Made by a program: the position numbers and the translations under genes. A stretch of DNA of 35,247 bases from a virus (lineage: Duplodnaviria > Caudoviricetes): IMG/VR virus record IMGVR_UViG_3300012921_000008, positions 1 through 35,247 of that record; one strand, 5' to 3'. Positions 1 to 8,074 of the stretch are shown in pieces. The first letter of the stretch is position 1. The number at the start of each line of letters is the position of its first letter. A model generated the notes under the pieces. The model was not told where the DNA came from, did not search any database, and saw only the letters and a list, made by a program, of their open reading frames with translations.

Positions 1-1
1 G

Positions 2-136
2 TCGGATGGTGTCGAGTGCCTGGTGTTCGTGCATCGCATCGCGGTCCACAAAGATCAGGACAACACGCAGTTTGAAGAGCAACTGAAAGAGCAGTTGCCA
101 CCCGGCCGGTTTGTGCCGTTGTCAGCCATCCTTTAG
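2..136 (+). CDS. Partial hypothetical protein (3' end only)
   Basis: Open frame SDGVECLVF...PLSAIL ends at TAG 134-136, overlapping the AGGAG ribosome-binding site of the next gene. Confidence 0.55.
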   Translation, partial: SDGVECLVFVHRIAVHKDQDNTQFEEQLKEQLPPGRFVPLSAIL

Positions 137-144
137 GAGTCATC

Positions 145-405
145 ATGTCAGAAGCCACAGCAGAAGCGACGGAAGTGAAATTGATCGACCGCCCCCGCGA
201 CGCGGTGCAAAGCGTCTTGACTAAGCTCATAGGTAGCCCCGTCTGGATCACCCGCGAATGTGCCAGAGATCTGGCTATCCGGGGGATCGGGCGTTACGTG
301 TGCAAGAGCTGCCTGAGTGCTTGTGAGATGGTTCTGATTGATTGCCACGGTCCACACGGCTGGAACATTCGTCGCGTGTACCTGTCAACACCAGCTACTC
401 GCTGA
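145..405 (+). CDS. Hypothetical protein, Cys-rich (CxxC)
   Basis: AGGAG RBS then ATG 145; CKSCLSAC motif. Confidence 0.6.
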   Translation: MSEATAEATEVKLIDRPRDAVQSVLTKLIGSPVWITRECARDLAIRGIGRYVCKSCLSACEMVLIDCHGPHGWNIRRVYLSTPATR

Positions 406-650
406 TTCGCGAGCCACGGCATTGAAAAGCAGCCACGCCGTGGTATGTCGCGGCTGCCACCAAAGGGCACGGTGAATCGACGCATTAGAGCGCCAGAAGC
501 GTAGCAGCCCGAAATCAGGCGTGACCAGGCCGGGAGAGCAGCGGCCAATGCGCGGTGCAGGATTGCCACCCTTGGCCCGTTTCGCCCGGTTCGATTCCGG
601 GGCCGCGCTCTGTCGGAAGAATGAAACCACAACGGAAAGGAGTCCGATCC

Positions 651-896
651 ATGCTCGTGCTGTCACGTCAGCGCAACGAACGCATCCTGGCAGGCCCGGT
701 GGAAATCACCGTGGTCGACATTCGTGGCGACAAGGTCCGCCTGGGCATCGCCGCACCGCAATCTGTGCCGATCCATCGCCACGAGGTGCTGCTGGAGATT
801 TTCCAGCAGTCGCCCGCAGCCCTCGCGGCGCTGGGCTATGAAATCTCACCGTGTGGCCTGGTGGTGCCACGCAACGAATGGAAGGGAGCCGCATGA
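651..896 (+). CDS. csrA: Carbon storage regulator CsrA/RsmA-family RNA-binding protein with a C-terminal extension
   Basis: MLVLSRQRNERILAGPVEITVVDIRGDKVRLGIAAPQSVPIHRHEV matches the CsrA consensus; AAGGAG RBS upstream of ATG 651. Confidence 0.92.
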   Translation: MLVLSRQRNERILAGPVEITVVDIRGDKVRLGIAAPQSVPIHRHEVLLEIFQQSPAALAALGYEISPCGLVVPRNEWKGAA

Positions 897-1282
897 CCAA
901 TTTCTACGGCCGAGAGTTCTACGAACAATTGCAGATTGTCCAGGCCACAAACGCGGCACTGGCGAGCGTGCGGGAGGCCTGCACAGTGCTGGGCAATGAA
1001 CCAGACCAGATTCCGAGAATGTATGGTTACCTCGATCTGCTGGCCCAACTGGCCACGGTCGAATTGCAACTGATGACCGGGCTGGAAGTGTCTTCCGAGT
1101 TCTTGCCAGAGCTATCGTTGCCAGGTTCATCGATCGTGTTGCAGGCCGAACTGCAATCCAGGCTGAATCAAGCCGTGGAAATGCTCGGGCGGTTCCGCGA
1201 TGGCGGGATTGTCCTCACCGCCGATCTGGAAGCCTGCCTCGCGGCAGTCACGGCCCCGGTGGGCGTTGAGGTGAGACCATGA
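893..1282 (+). CDS. Hypothetical helical protein
   Basis: ATGA overlap with the csrA stop; GGGAG RBS. Confidence 0.7.
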   Translation: MTNFYGREFYEQLQIVQATNAALASVREACTVLGNEPDQIPRMYGYLDLLAQLATVELQLMTGLEVSSEFLPELSLPGSSIVLQAELQSRLNQAVEMLGRFRDGGIVLTADLEACLAAVTAPVGVEVRP

Positions 1283-2250
1283 CAACCTTGGTGACGAATC
1301 TCGTCAGTCGCTGGAAGCTCGACGAAGCCTCTGGGTCGGCCATTGATGCGCAGGGTCTATACAACGCCACCGCGAATAACGCACCAGGTGCGGCAGCCGG
1401 GAAGCTCAACGGCTGCCGCACATTCAACGGTACCAATCAGCGTTTTTCGGTGGCGGATAACGCCGACCTCGCCGGAGGCAACCGAAACTTCAGCGTGCGT
1501 GCCGTGCTCAATGCCGCTGCCCTGGTGGCCGACATGGTCATCGTCTCAAAGTCGACCAACAGCAGTAACCAGCGAGAATGGCGACTGCTGTTCAACTTCG
1601 CGACGTCTCGATTCCGGTTCGATGTGTCGCCTGATGGCACGTCCGGGGCAATGGTCTCCGTCGATGCCAACGTGCTCGGGGCACCGAGTACGGGCACGTG
1701 GTACATCATCCACGCCTGGCACGATGCTACCAACGACCAGATCGGGATCGCCGTGAATGCGGGCACAGCCACCACGCAGGCTCACGCTGGCGGCGTGTTC
1801 GATGGCTCATCGACGTTCGTCATTGGAGCCTACAACGCGTCGCTCTCTGCCTGGAATGGCTCCATCGACGAAGTGGCGTTCTGGTCGCGCGTGCTGACCA
1901 GCGGCGAGCGAACAGAGGACGTCAACGACATCAATGCGGGGCTTGATCCCTTTGTCGACCCGCCCACGATCACGAGTGGTCTGACGGCAGCAGGCGAAAA
2001 ATGGGTGGCCTTCAACTATCAAATCACCGCCTCGAACGCCCCGACAGCCTATGGAGCGACGGGCCTGCCCGCTGGTCTCTCGATCAATGCAGGGACCGGT
2101 GCCATCGCCGGCACACCGACCGAGACCGGGGAATTCGAGGTCACGCTCTCCGCGACGAACAGCGGAGGGACCGACAGCGAAACCTTGACCCTCACCATCG
2201 CCGCCGCCACTGGTGGCGGTCGTAATCTCACCCTGTTAGGAGTTGGCTGA
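1279..2250 (+). CDS. LamG/concanavalin-like jelly-roll protein with a C-terminal putative Ig (He_PIG-like) domain
   Basis: LVSRWKLDEASG start, WNGSIDEVAFWSRVLT LamG end motif, GLPAGLSINAGTGAIAGTPT Ig motif; ATGA overlap with the previous gene. Confidence 0.85.
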   Translation: MTTLVTNLVSRWKLDEASGSAIDAQGLYNATANNAPGAAAGKLNGCRTFNGTNQRFSVADNADLAGGNRNFSVRAVLNAAALVADMVIVSKSTNSSNQREWRLLFNFATSRFRFDVSPDGTSGAMVSVDANVLGAPSTGTWYIIHAWHDATNDQIGIAVNAGTATTQAHAGGVFDGSSTFVIGAYNASLSAWNGSIDEVAFWSRVLTSGERTEDVNDINAGLDPFVDPPTITSGLTAAGEKWVAFNYQITASNAPTAYGATGLPAGLSINAGTGAIAGTPTETGEFEVTLSATNSGGTDSETLTLTIAAATGGGRNLTLLGVG

Positions 2251-2550
2251 ATGCCTCGTGACAGCACCCCCATTAATGTTTCTGATGCCGGAGACAACAC
2301 CCTCATTGAGGCTGTCGCGGGCCAACCCATCATCGTCCTGGGTTATCGGCTGACCGTCGCGGACGCCGTCGAAGTGGTGTTCAAGTCCGCAGCAACTGAA
2401 CTGGAACCGTTGATACTGGGGACCGGCATTTCCAGTGCCCACGCCGAGCAGGGGTTGTTCGCCACGCAACCAGGTGAAGCGCTGGTGCTCAATCTCTCCG
2501 ACGCAATCGCGGTCAAGGGGGGACTGACCTACCGCGTGGGCAACTACTGA
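2251..2550 (+). CDS. Hypothetical beta-rich protein
   Basis: ATG directly after the LamG stop; alternating hydrophobic pattern. Confidence 0.7.
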   Translation: MPRDSTPINVSDAGDNTLIEAVAGQPIIVLGYRLTVADAVEVVFKSAATELEPLILGTGISSAHAEQGLFATQPGEALVLNLSDAIAVKGGLTYRVGNY

Positions 2551-2673
2551 AACTCTCACCCCGCAGCTCGTGGCTGCGGATAGCGTCGGCTGCCGGACCC
2601 AGGGGAAGCCCCTCATCCGACCCAGGGGAAGGGCAGCCGACGTGAATTCAAACAGTTCCAAGGATTGGACCTG

Positions 2674-3759
2674 ATGCCGAGACTTCGCAACCCTGACCCG
2701 CTGCAAATGACGCTGGCGCTCGACTTCGGCCAGCAGATGGACATCTTCCGCACGATGCGTGTCGGCCCGTTCTCGCATCGCTGGATGATGTTCGTGATCT
2801 GGTCACACCTGGGCCGAGCGCGCTCCACTTGGCGAATGAGCGCGGAAGACTTGGGCGCAGAGATGCAACTACATCCCAGCGCGGCTGTGCGGATCGCGAA
2901 GAAGCTGGACACGCTGGGTGTGCTCCGTCGCTCCGAAGTCGCGAAAGGTTTGTATGACTTTTCGATCTGCTGGGGCGTGCTCTTCGGGCTTCGCGACGAG
3001 GCAGAAAACCTCTGCGCACGCGCAGAGGAAGACTGCGCACGCGCAGAGGAAGACTGCGCACGCGCAGAGGAAGACTGCGCACGCGCAGAGGAAGACTGCG
3101 CACGCGCAGAGGAAGACTGCGCACGCGCAGAGGACACTATTTATAACCATGAACTACCAAGAACCACCATCAACATCCCTGCGCCTGTGCCAGAGGACGA
3201 AGCGATGATGGTGGTGGCAAGACTCGTGGATGCGGGAGTCGGACAAATCGGTTCGACAATCGCCACGGCAGAGGCCCAGGGCATGACCCTGGAACAGATC
3301 GCCGCCGTGATCGAGCATTATCACTCGCACCCCGGGCGCTGGCCCCAAGGCGTGCTCTGCGAGCGCCTGACCAGGCGAGGAGCCCGCATGCTCGATGCGC
3401 ACCAGGGCTGGTACGGCGAGACAGAGCACTGGCAACGAGAGCAAGCCCGCATCGAGCGCGAGGCCCAGGCCCGCGCACAACTCACCCAGGCCGAGGAGAC
3501 CGCTATGCCCAAGCTGATCACGTACCCTCAGCAGGATTTTGCCGAGGAAAAGTTTGGACCGCTGCTTGATGAGATGACCTACCCGCAAGTGGCGGACCTG
3601 GTCAGAGATGACCTGTTCGTCGCGAAAATGTGCCTGAAGGGAAATCACCGACAGCCGGGCATGATCCGCGAACGCTGCCTCTCGCGCATGCAGCATCTCG
3701 CTGCCATCGAGCGCGAAAAACAGGAGCGTCAGGTCTCGCTGGCCACCGCCACGGAATGA
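2674..3759 (+). CDS. Putative replication initiator (N-terminal winged HTH, internal iterons)
   Basis: HTH-like MSAEDLGAEMQLHPSAAVRIAKKLDTLGVLRR followed by a tandem 21-bp repeat and an AT-rich patch, as in lambda-O-type genes; AAGGA RBS favours ATG 2674 over TTG 2665. Confidence 0.65.
   Translation: MPRLRNPDPLQMTLALDFGQQMDIFRTMRVGPFSHRWMMFVIWSHLGRARSTWRMSAEDLGAEMQLHPSAAVRIAKKLDTLGVLRRSEVAKGLYDFSICWGVLFGLRDEAENLCARAEEDCARAEEDCARAEEDCARAEEDCARAEEDCARAEDTIYNHELPRTTINIPAPVPEDEAMMVVARLVDAGVGQIGSTIATAEAQGMTLEQIAAVIEHYHSHPGRWPQGVLCERLTRRGARMLDAHQGWYGETEHWQREQARIEREAQARAQLTQAEETAMPKLITYPQQDFAEEKFGPLLDEMTYPQVADLVRDDLFVAKMCLKGNHRQPGMIRERCLSRMQHLAAIEREKQERQVSLATATE
3012..3134. repeat. Six tandem 21-bp repeats CTGCGCACGCGCAGAGGAAGA (last one partial); probable replication iterons
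   Basis: Copies start at 3012, 3033, 3054, 3075, 3096 and 3117; each contains the inverted repeat CTGCGC-AC-GCGCAG. Confidence 0.95.
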
Positions 3760-5912
3760 TCATGCTGCCCGACCTGATCGCCGAACCGCTGCAATTGCCC
3801 GAGCGTTATGAGCCCCTCGACCGGCAACGCTCGCTGCTGGTCGACATCCCCGACGTGCGGCGGTGTGGGCAGTGCGGTCAGTTGCTCGAACGCAATCCCC
3901 ACCACGCCGCGGCAGTGTGCCTGCGGTGTGATCCCGAATCCCTCTTTGCAAGGAATCATCTCATGTCCGCTGCTGCCGCACGCAAGACTAGATCGAAGCC
4001 AGCGAAACCCGCTCAGCCCATCGACCGCGACGCCGCGTTACGGTCAGCATTGCTGCGGACGGAACTCGACCAGAAGCTGTGGGCGGAACTCAAGCTGACC
4101 CACAACAACGTGCTGGACAGCCAGCAGATTTTGACCGCAGTGAGCGAGACCTGGGCGGGAGATTACAAAGAGCATGGTGAGCATGGCGAAGTCAATTTGC
4201 GCGGCGGGGAAAAGCCCGCGATCTGGTTCGGGCCAAAAGCTGGAAAGCCCGACTTGCAAGACATGGAACTGGTGACCGCCGTGCGTCGCGTGCTAGACAT
4301 CTCAGACAACCTGACGGGCTTGGCCAATGGTCGCGTAAAGGGCAAGAGCGGCAAGTTCAAGGCCCCGGCCGCGACGCCCGCAGATGACCAGGCGAGGGAA
4401 GCCCTCGGCAAAATGGTGCTGATCGAAGAACGGGAGATGCGGCTCGAAGAGATCATACCGAGCGCAGAGAACCCCCGCGAAGATTGGGACGAAGCGTTCC
4501 TGCGAACGCTGGGGGAATCGATCCGCGACCATGGACAGTTCGACCCGGTCATCGTGAGGGAGGATGACGGCCGAGGCTTCCACGAGATCGTCGACGGCGA
4601 AAGCCGCTACCGCGGGGCACAACTGGTCGGGCTGAAGACCTTGACCGCCCGCATCGTGCGTTGCACCGATGCAGACGCCGCGATGGTCCGGGTGTTGTCT
4701 TACCGCCAGCGGCGCGACCTCAACCCGATCGAGGAAGCCCGCGGCCTGAAGTTGCTGCTGCACAAGTACGGTTGCTCGCAGCGGCAGCTTGAAGAACGCG
4801 TCGGCATCAGCCAGGCACAAATCTCCAATCGCGTGCGGCTGCTGAAGATCCCCGAAGCCTGGCAAAAACGCGTGGTGGCAGGCGAGATCAGTGCCAGCGG
4901 TGCCCGCGCGATGGCGGCGTGGGCCGATGTGCCCGAGTTTTGGAAAGAGGCGAACAGCACCTGGTCGAATAAGTTTGCCAAAGAAGAGTTCCTGGACAAC
5001 GTGCCGCGCGGCGTGAACTCGATCCTGCATGAGATCACCGAGCCGCTGAAGGGTTCGCACTACAATCATGCGATCAACAAGAACATCACCTGGGCGATCG
5101 ACCTGGATTCACTGGCACCCGATCAGCAGCAAGCCCTGCGCATTCGAGACATCCCCGACGACGATGGGAAAACCGAGCCACGGGCGTTCAACGTCGGTCT
5201 TGCGAAGCAACTGCAAGCCGCCGCGAAAGCGGCTGTGATGGAGCGTGCGGCGAAGAAGGCCGACAAGCAAGACGAGGCCGCAAAGAAGCTGTCGACAAAG
5301 GAGCAGAAGGCCCGGCAGGAGCAGTTGGAAAAACAGTATCACACCCGGCTGGCCCGATATCTGGTCGGCTGGTACCAGGGCCGCATTGCCGCGATGTTTG
5401 GCGAGTTGACCGACACGCAGTTGATGGACTACACGCTGCACTTCGTCGCGGCCGATGGTCACATCGACCGATTGCGGTCCATCGAGGCAAAGGCCGATGA
5501 GTTCCAGCCCGCTAGCAAGCGCAAAGGGCAGGCATCCACCACGGGCTGGCCGCTCGATGCGTGGCGTAAAATCCCCGAAGACGATCGCCGCGATGCCTGG
5601 GTGGCGATGCTCTGCGAATGGATCTGTTCGACCACCGAAGGCTATCGCCGCATGGTCCGTCCGCAGGATGTGTTGATGGTCGCGAACGACTTCGGTGTGT
5701 CGCTCGATGAATGGACCGTGACGCATGAGTTTCTTGAGCTGCACACGTCCGCTCAGTTGCTCGCGCTGTGTGAGGAGTGGGGGCATTATGCGGGTCCACC
5801 AAAGGAGTGCAGCAAACGCGGGGACATGCTGGCGTGGATCGGGAAGGTCTGCGGCGACAAGCCCGCCCCGAAGGTGCTTCGTGCGTTGAACGTTGCTGGC
5901 CTGCTGAAGTGA
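3756..5912 (+). CDS. Large ParB/RepB/Spo0J-family protein
   Basis: ENPREDWD...LGESIRDHGQFDPVIVR...IVDGESRYRGA ParB-N motifs; LNPIEEARG...SQRQLEERVGISQAQISNRVRLL HTH; ATGA overlap with the rep stop; alternative start ATG 3963 has an AAGGA RBS. Confidence 0.88.
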   Translation: MIMLPDLIAEPLQLPERYEPLDRQRSLLVDIPDVRRCGQCGQLLERNPHHAAAVCLRCDPESLFARNHLMSAAAARKTRSKPAKPAQPIDRDAALRSALLRTELDQKLWAELKLTHNNVLDSQQILTAVSETWAGDYKEHGEHGEVNLRGGEKPAIWFGPKAGKPDLQDMELVTAVRRVLDISDNLTGLANGRVKGKSGKFKAPAATPADDQAREALGKMVLIEEREMRLEEIIPSAENPREDWDEAFLRTLGESIRDHGQFDPVIVREDDGRGFHEIVDGESRYRGAQLVGLKTLTARIVRCTDADAAMVRVLSYRQRRDLNPIEEARGLKLLLHKYGCSQRQLEERVGISQAQISNRVRLLKIPEAWQKRVVAGEISASGARAMAAWADVPEFWKEANSTWSNKFAKEEFLDNVPRGVNSILHEITEPLKGSHYNHAINKNITWAIDLDSLAPDQQQALRIRDIPDDDGKTEPRAFNVGLAKQLQAAAKAAVMERAAKKADKQDEAAKKLSTKEQKARQEQLEKQYHTRLARYLVGWYQGRIAAMFGELTDTQLMDYTLHFVAADGHIDRLRSIEAKADEFQPASKRKGQASTTGWPLDAWRKIPEDDRRDAWVAMLCEWICSTTEGYRRMVRPQDVLMVANDFGVSLDEWTVTHEFLELHTSAQLLALCEEWGHYAGPPKECSKRGDMLAWIGKVCGDKPAPKVLRALNVAGLLK

Positions 5913-5926
5913 TTTCAGTGAAATCA
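5910..5926. promoter_or_regulatory. 17-bp palindrome TGATTTCAGTGAAATCA, parS-like site 1
   Basis: Perfect inverted repeat overlapping the ParB stop codon; near-identical copies at 21288 and 31943. Confidence 0.6.
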
Positions 5927-5937
5927 GGGAGTCCCGC

Positions 5938-6195
5938 ATGCAGCAACAACTGTTCGACCCCGGCCCTGTGATTGAACGTGCTGAATTGGAGCGACGTTGC
6001 ACGCCAGCAAAATCAGGCACTGGGCCTGCGGGCGAAACTTGCCGGACTTGCCGATTCAAGATTCATCGCGATCAGGTGGCAGGACGGTATCTCAAATGCG
6101 CGTTGATGCAGAAGGAATGGAGCCGCGGCGGTGGGACTGATATTCGGGCCGGTTGGTTGGCCTGCCGTTGTTGGCAGCCTGTTGAGAAGGGGTGA
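5938..6195 (+). CDS. Hypothetical Cys-rich protein
   Basis: GGGAG RBS; CRTC...C...ACRCW pattern. Confidence 0.7.
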   Translation: MQQQLFDPGPVIERAELERRCTPAKSGTGPAGETCRTCRFKIHRDQVAGRYLKCALMQKEWSRGGGTDIRAGWLACRCWQPVEKG

Positions 6196-6201
6196 AATCT
6201 G

Positions 6202-6498
6202 ATGAGTTGCCACATAAACGGCAGAGACCTGGCGGCGATCCAGTTCACGCCTGACACCAGCCACGGTCACTTGATCTGGATGCGTGACGTACCGACTGAC
6301 GTTGAGGGCTGCTGCTGCTCGATTCATCTCCTGCCCTGCCGCACGGGCTTCATCGCGGAAATCTGGAATCATCAGCGCGACGAGCCTGGCCTTATGAGTA
6401 ATGCCGCACTGCCAAAGCCACTCACGACGATGCAGCAGGTGCTGGACCTGCTCTCGTTGTGCGGCGTTCCTCAGCCTGCGTTACGAGGTGGATTATGA
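6202..6498 (+). CDS. Hypothetical protein
   Basis: Tightly packed between co-oriented neighbours; ATGA overlap with the next gene. Confidence 0.6.
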   Translation: MSCHINGRDLAAIQFTPDTSHGHLIWMRDVPTDVEGCCCSIHLLPCRTGFIAEIWNHQRDEPGLMSNAALPKPLTTMQQVLDLLSLCGVPQPALRGGL

Positions 6499-7022
6499 CT
6501 TTTGAGGACTACTGTTTAGCGGAATGTTCAGCAAGGTTCACGCAGCCGATCAGCCCTGCACAACGGATCTTTATGGATTCGGTCGCATTGGTGGTCGAGG
6601 GTGGCGGACAGGTGGAAGTGCCCTCACTTCCGCGAGGTTGCGGGACGACAACGATCCTTCAGGCTGCGGCCTGTTTCGCAGTCAAGGTCCACAAGGAGCC
6701 GTTTGTGGTTTTGGTCGGGTCGAACCGGATGTGGAATATCATGCCATCGATGGCGGAACGACTGGGCCTGGGAGGCTCTTCTTACCGTCGCTGTGGTCGC
6801 ACATGCTGGGTCCAACTGAATCATGGAGATCGCTATTCGTCAGTGCTCCTCGTGTGCAGCCAGAAAGATTCCCTGCGCGGCTTAAGCCACAAGATCAACG
6901 GCAGCTATGAGCGTCCGTCCCTTGTGATCGTCGATGGCCATACGCCTTTGTCTGCGCGCGAACGCAAGCATTTCAAGCTGCTCGCGTCCAAGGCGTTTAT
7001 CTCAGACCCCCTGAATGTCTGA
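6495..7022 (+). CDS. Truncated, degenerate paralog of the terminase large-subunit ATPase domain
   Basis: LPRGCGTTTI vs TerL MPRGSGKTSI; FVVLVGS vs YIVLIGA; LRGLSHK...RPSLVIVDG vs LRGLNHR...RPGMVLLDD; GAGGTG RBS. Confidence 0.75.
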   Translation: MTFEDYCLAECSARFTQPISPAQRIFMDSVALVVEGGGQVEVPSLPRGCGTTTILQAAACFAVKVHKEPFVVLVGSNRMWNIMPSMAERLGLGGSSYRRCGRTCWVQLNHGDRYSSVLLVCSQKDSLRGLSHKINGSYERPSLVIVDGHTPLSARERKHFKLLASKAFISDPLNV

Positions 7023-7085
7023 GGCTACTGTGAGTCCAATACCAAGGCGTTACCCGTCGCCGTCCACGGGTGAGGAGTGAGAGCG

Positions 7086-7307
7086 ATGTCGACTGAAGAG
7101 AACGAAGTGTACGAAGCTGATGACCCGATCGCACTGCTCAGGGAGATCATGGACGAGATTGGAAATATCGAATTCAAGGGATCAGAGGACGGTAGCTACC
7201 GCATGGGATTCCTCGAAGGTCGAGCGACGGAGATCACGCGCGGCATGCCGGAGCATCCAGAGTGGTGGAACTATGCGTGTTTTTGCAACGAGTGCCGAGC
7301 CGCCTGA
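7086..7307 (+). CDS. Hypothetical acidic protein with C-terminal CxCxxC
   Basis: GAGGAG RBS before ATG 7086; ACFCNECR. Confidence 0.65.
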   Translation: MSTEENEVYEADDPIALLREIMDEIGNIEFKGSEDGSYRMGFLEGRATEITRGMPEHPEWWNYACFCNECRAA

Positions 7308-7362
7308 TCAGGTAATTAACCATCACCCAGCCAAGGCTGGGTAACTCAACGAGGAATCCACG

Positions 7363-7608
7363 ATGCCGCAGATCATCGTGAAAAGCGGTCCCGTCGCAGT
7401 GAAGATGCCGTGGGTGCGTCGCTGCCACTGCGGGCGAAGGCCAGACATCTCGACGGGATATACCGGGTATGACGTTGGGACTGGTCCGTTCTTGATTAGA
7501 TGCAATTGTGGTCGCGGAGACGACTGGCAGAAATGCACGTTCTCACGGAGTTGGACCAAGACTCGTGCCGTCAGGAACTGGAACCGCATGATTCGCGAAA
7601 ACCCCTAA
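7363..7608 (+). CDS. Lar-like (restriction-alleviation family) zinc-finger protein
   Basis: CHCG...IRCNCG...TKTRAVRNWNR pattern; GAGGA RBS. Confidence 0.5.
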   Translation: MPQIIVKSGPVAVKMPWVRRCHCGRRPDISTGYTGYDVGTGPFLIRCNCGRGDDWQKCTFSRSWTKTRAVRNWNRMIRENP

Positions 7609-7650
7609 CCACACATCACCCGGCCCGGCCGGAACAACGAAAGGGAGAAC

Positions 7651-7989
7651 ATGGAAAACCAGATGATTGTCACAAAGCAGGATCAGATCGAGTTCCTTGA
7701 GTCGATGCGCGAATCTGGCCTGTATCTCCAGTGTTGGAAACTGGACGATGGCGAGGAGCATTCAGTTGCCGCCCGGACAGCGGACGAGGCGTTACGTGAG
7801 GTGGCGAAGCTGGCTGACATGACCCTCAGTCAGTATCTCCGCCACAATGAGGTGAAGCTCTGTGTTCTTGGATACGGCCATCTCCTGACCGTGCGAAACT
7901 CAGACACGGACGTCAGAGAAACCAAGACCGTGGCCGAGTGGCTGGCCGACATCCGCAAAGCCGTAATCATCGCCACGACGGCTTGGTAA
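7651..7989 (+). CDS. Hypothetical protein
   Basis: GGGAG RBS; fills the gap between intergenic motifs. Confidence 0.7.
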   Translation: MENQMIVTKQDQIEFLESMRESGLYLQCWKLDDGEEHSVAARTADEALREVAKLADMTLSQYLRHNEVKLCVLGYGHLLTVRNSDTDVRETKTVAEWLADIRKAVIIATTAW

Positions 7990-8074
7990 CCATCACTCAG
8001 CAGAAACCCCTTACCGTTTTGGTAAAGGGTTTCTGATTCTCCATCCGCAAAACGGTTTACCAAAAAGGTAAGGA

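Noticed and set aside
1279-2250. Diversity-generating retroelement target
   Set aside because: No reverse transcriptase and no adenine-variant TR/VR repeat pair noticed in the window
3012-3134. 21-bp palindromic repeats as a CRISPR array
   Set aside because: Units are head-to-tail with no unique spacers, lie in frame inside a CDS, and no cas genes are visible
3630-3755. Extended ParB start at 3630
   Set aside because: Would overlap rep by 130 nt; the ATGA-coupled start at 3756 fits the local pattern better
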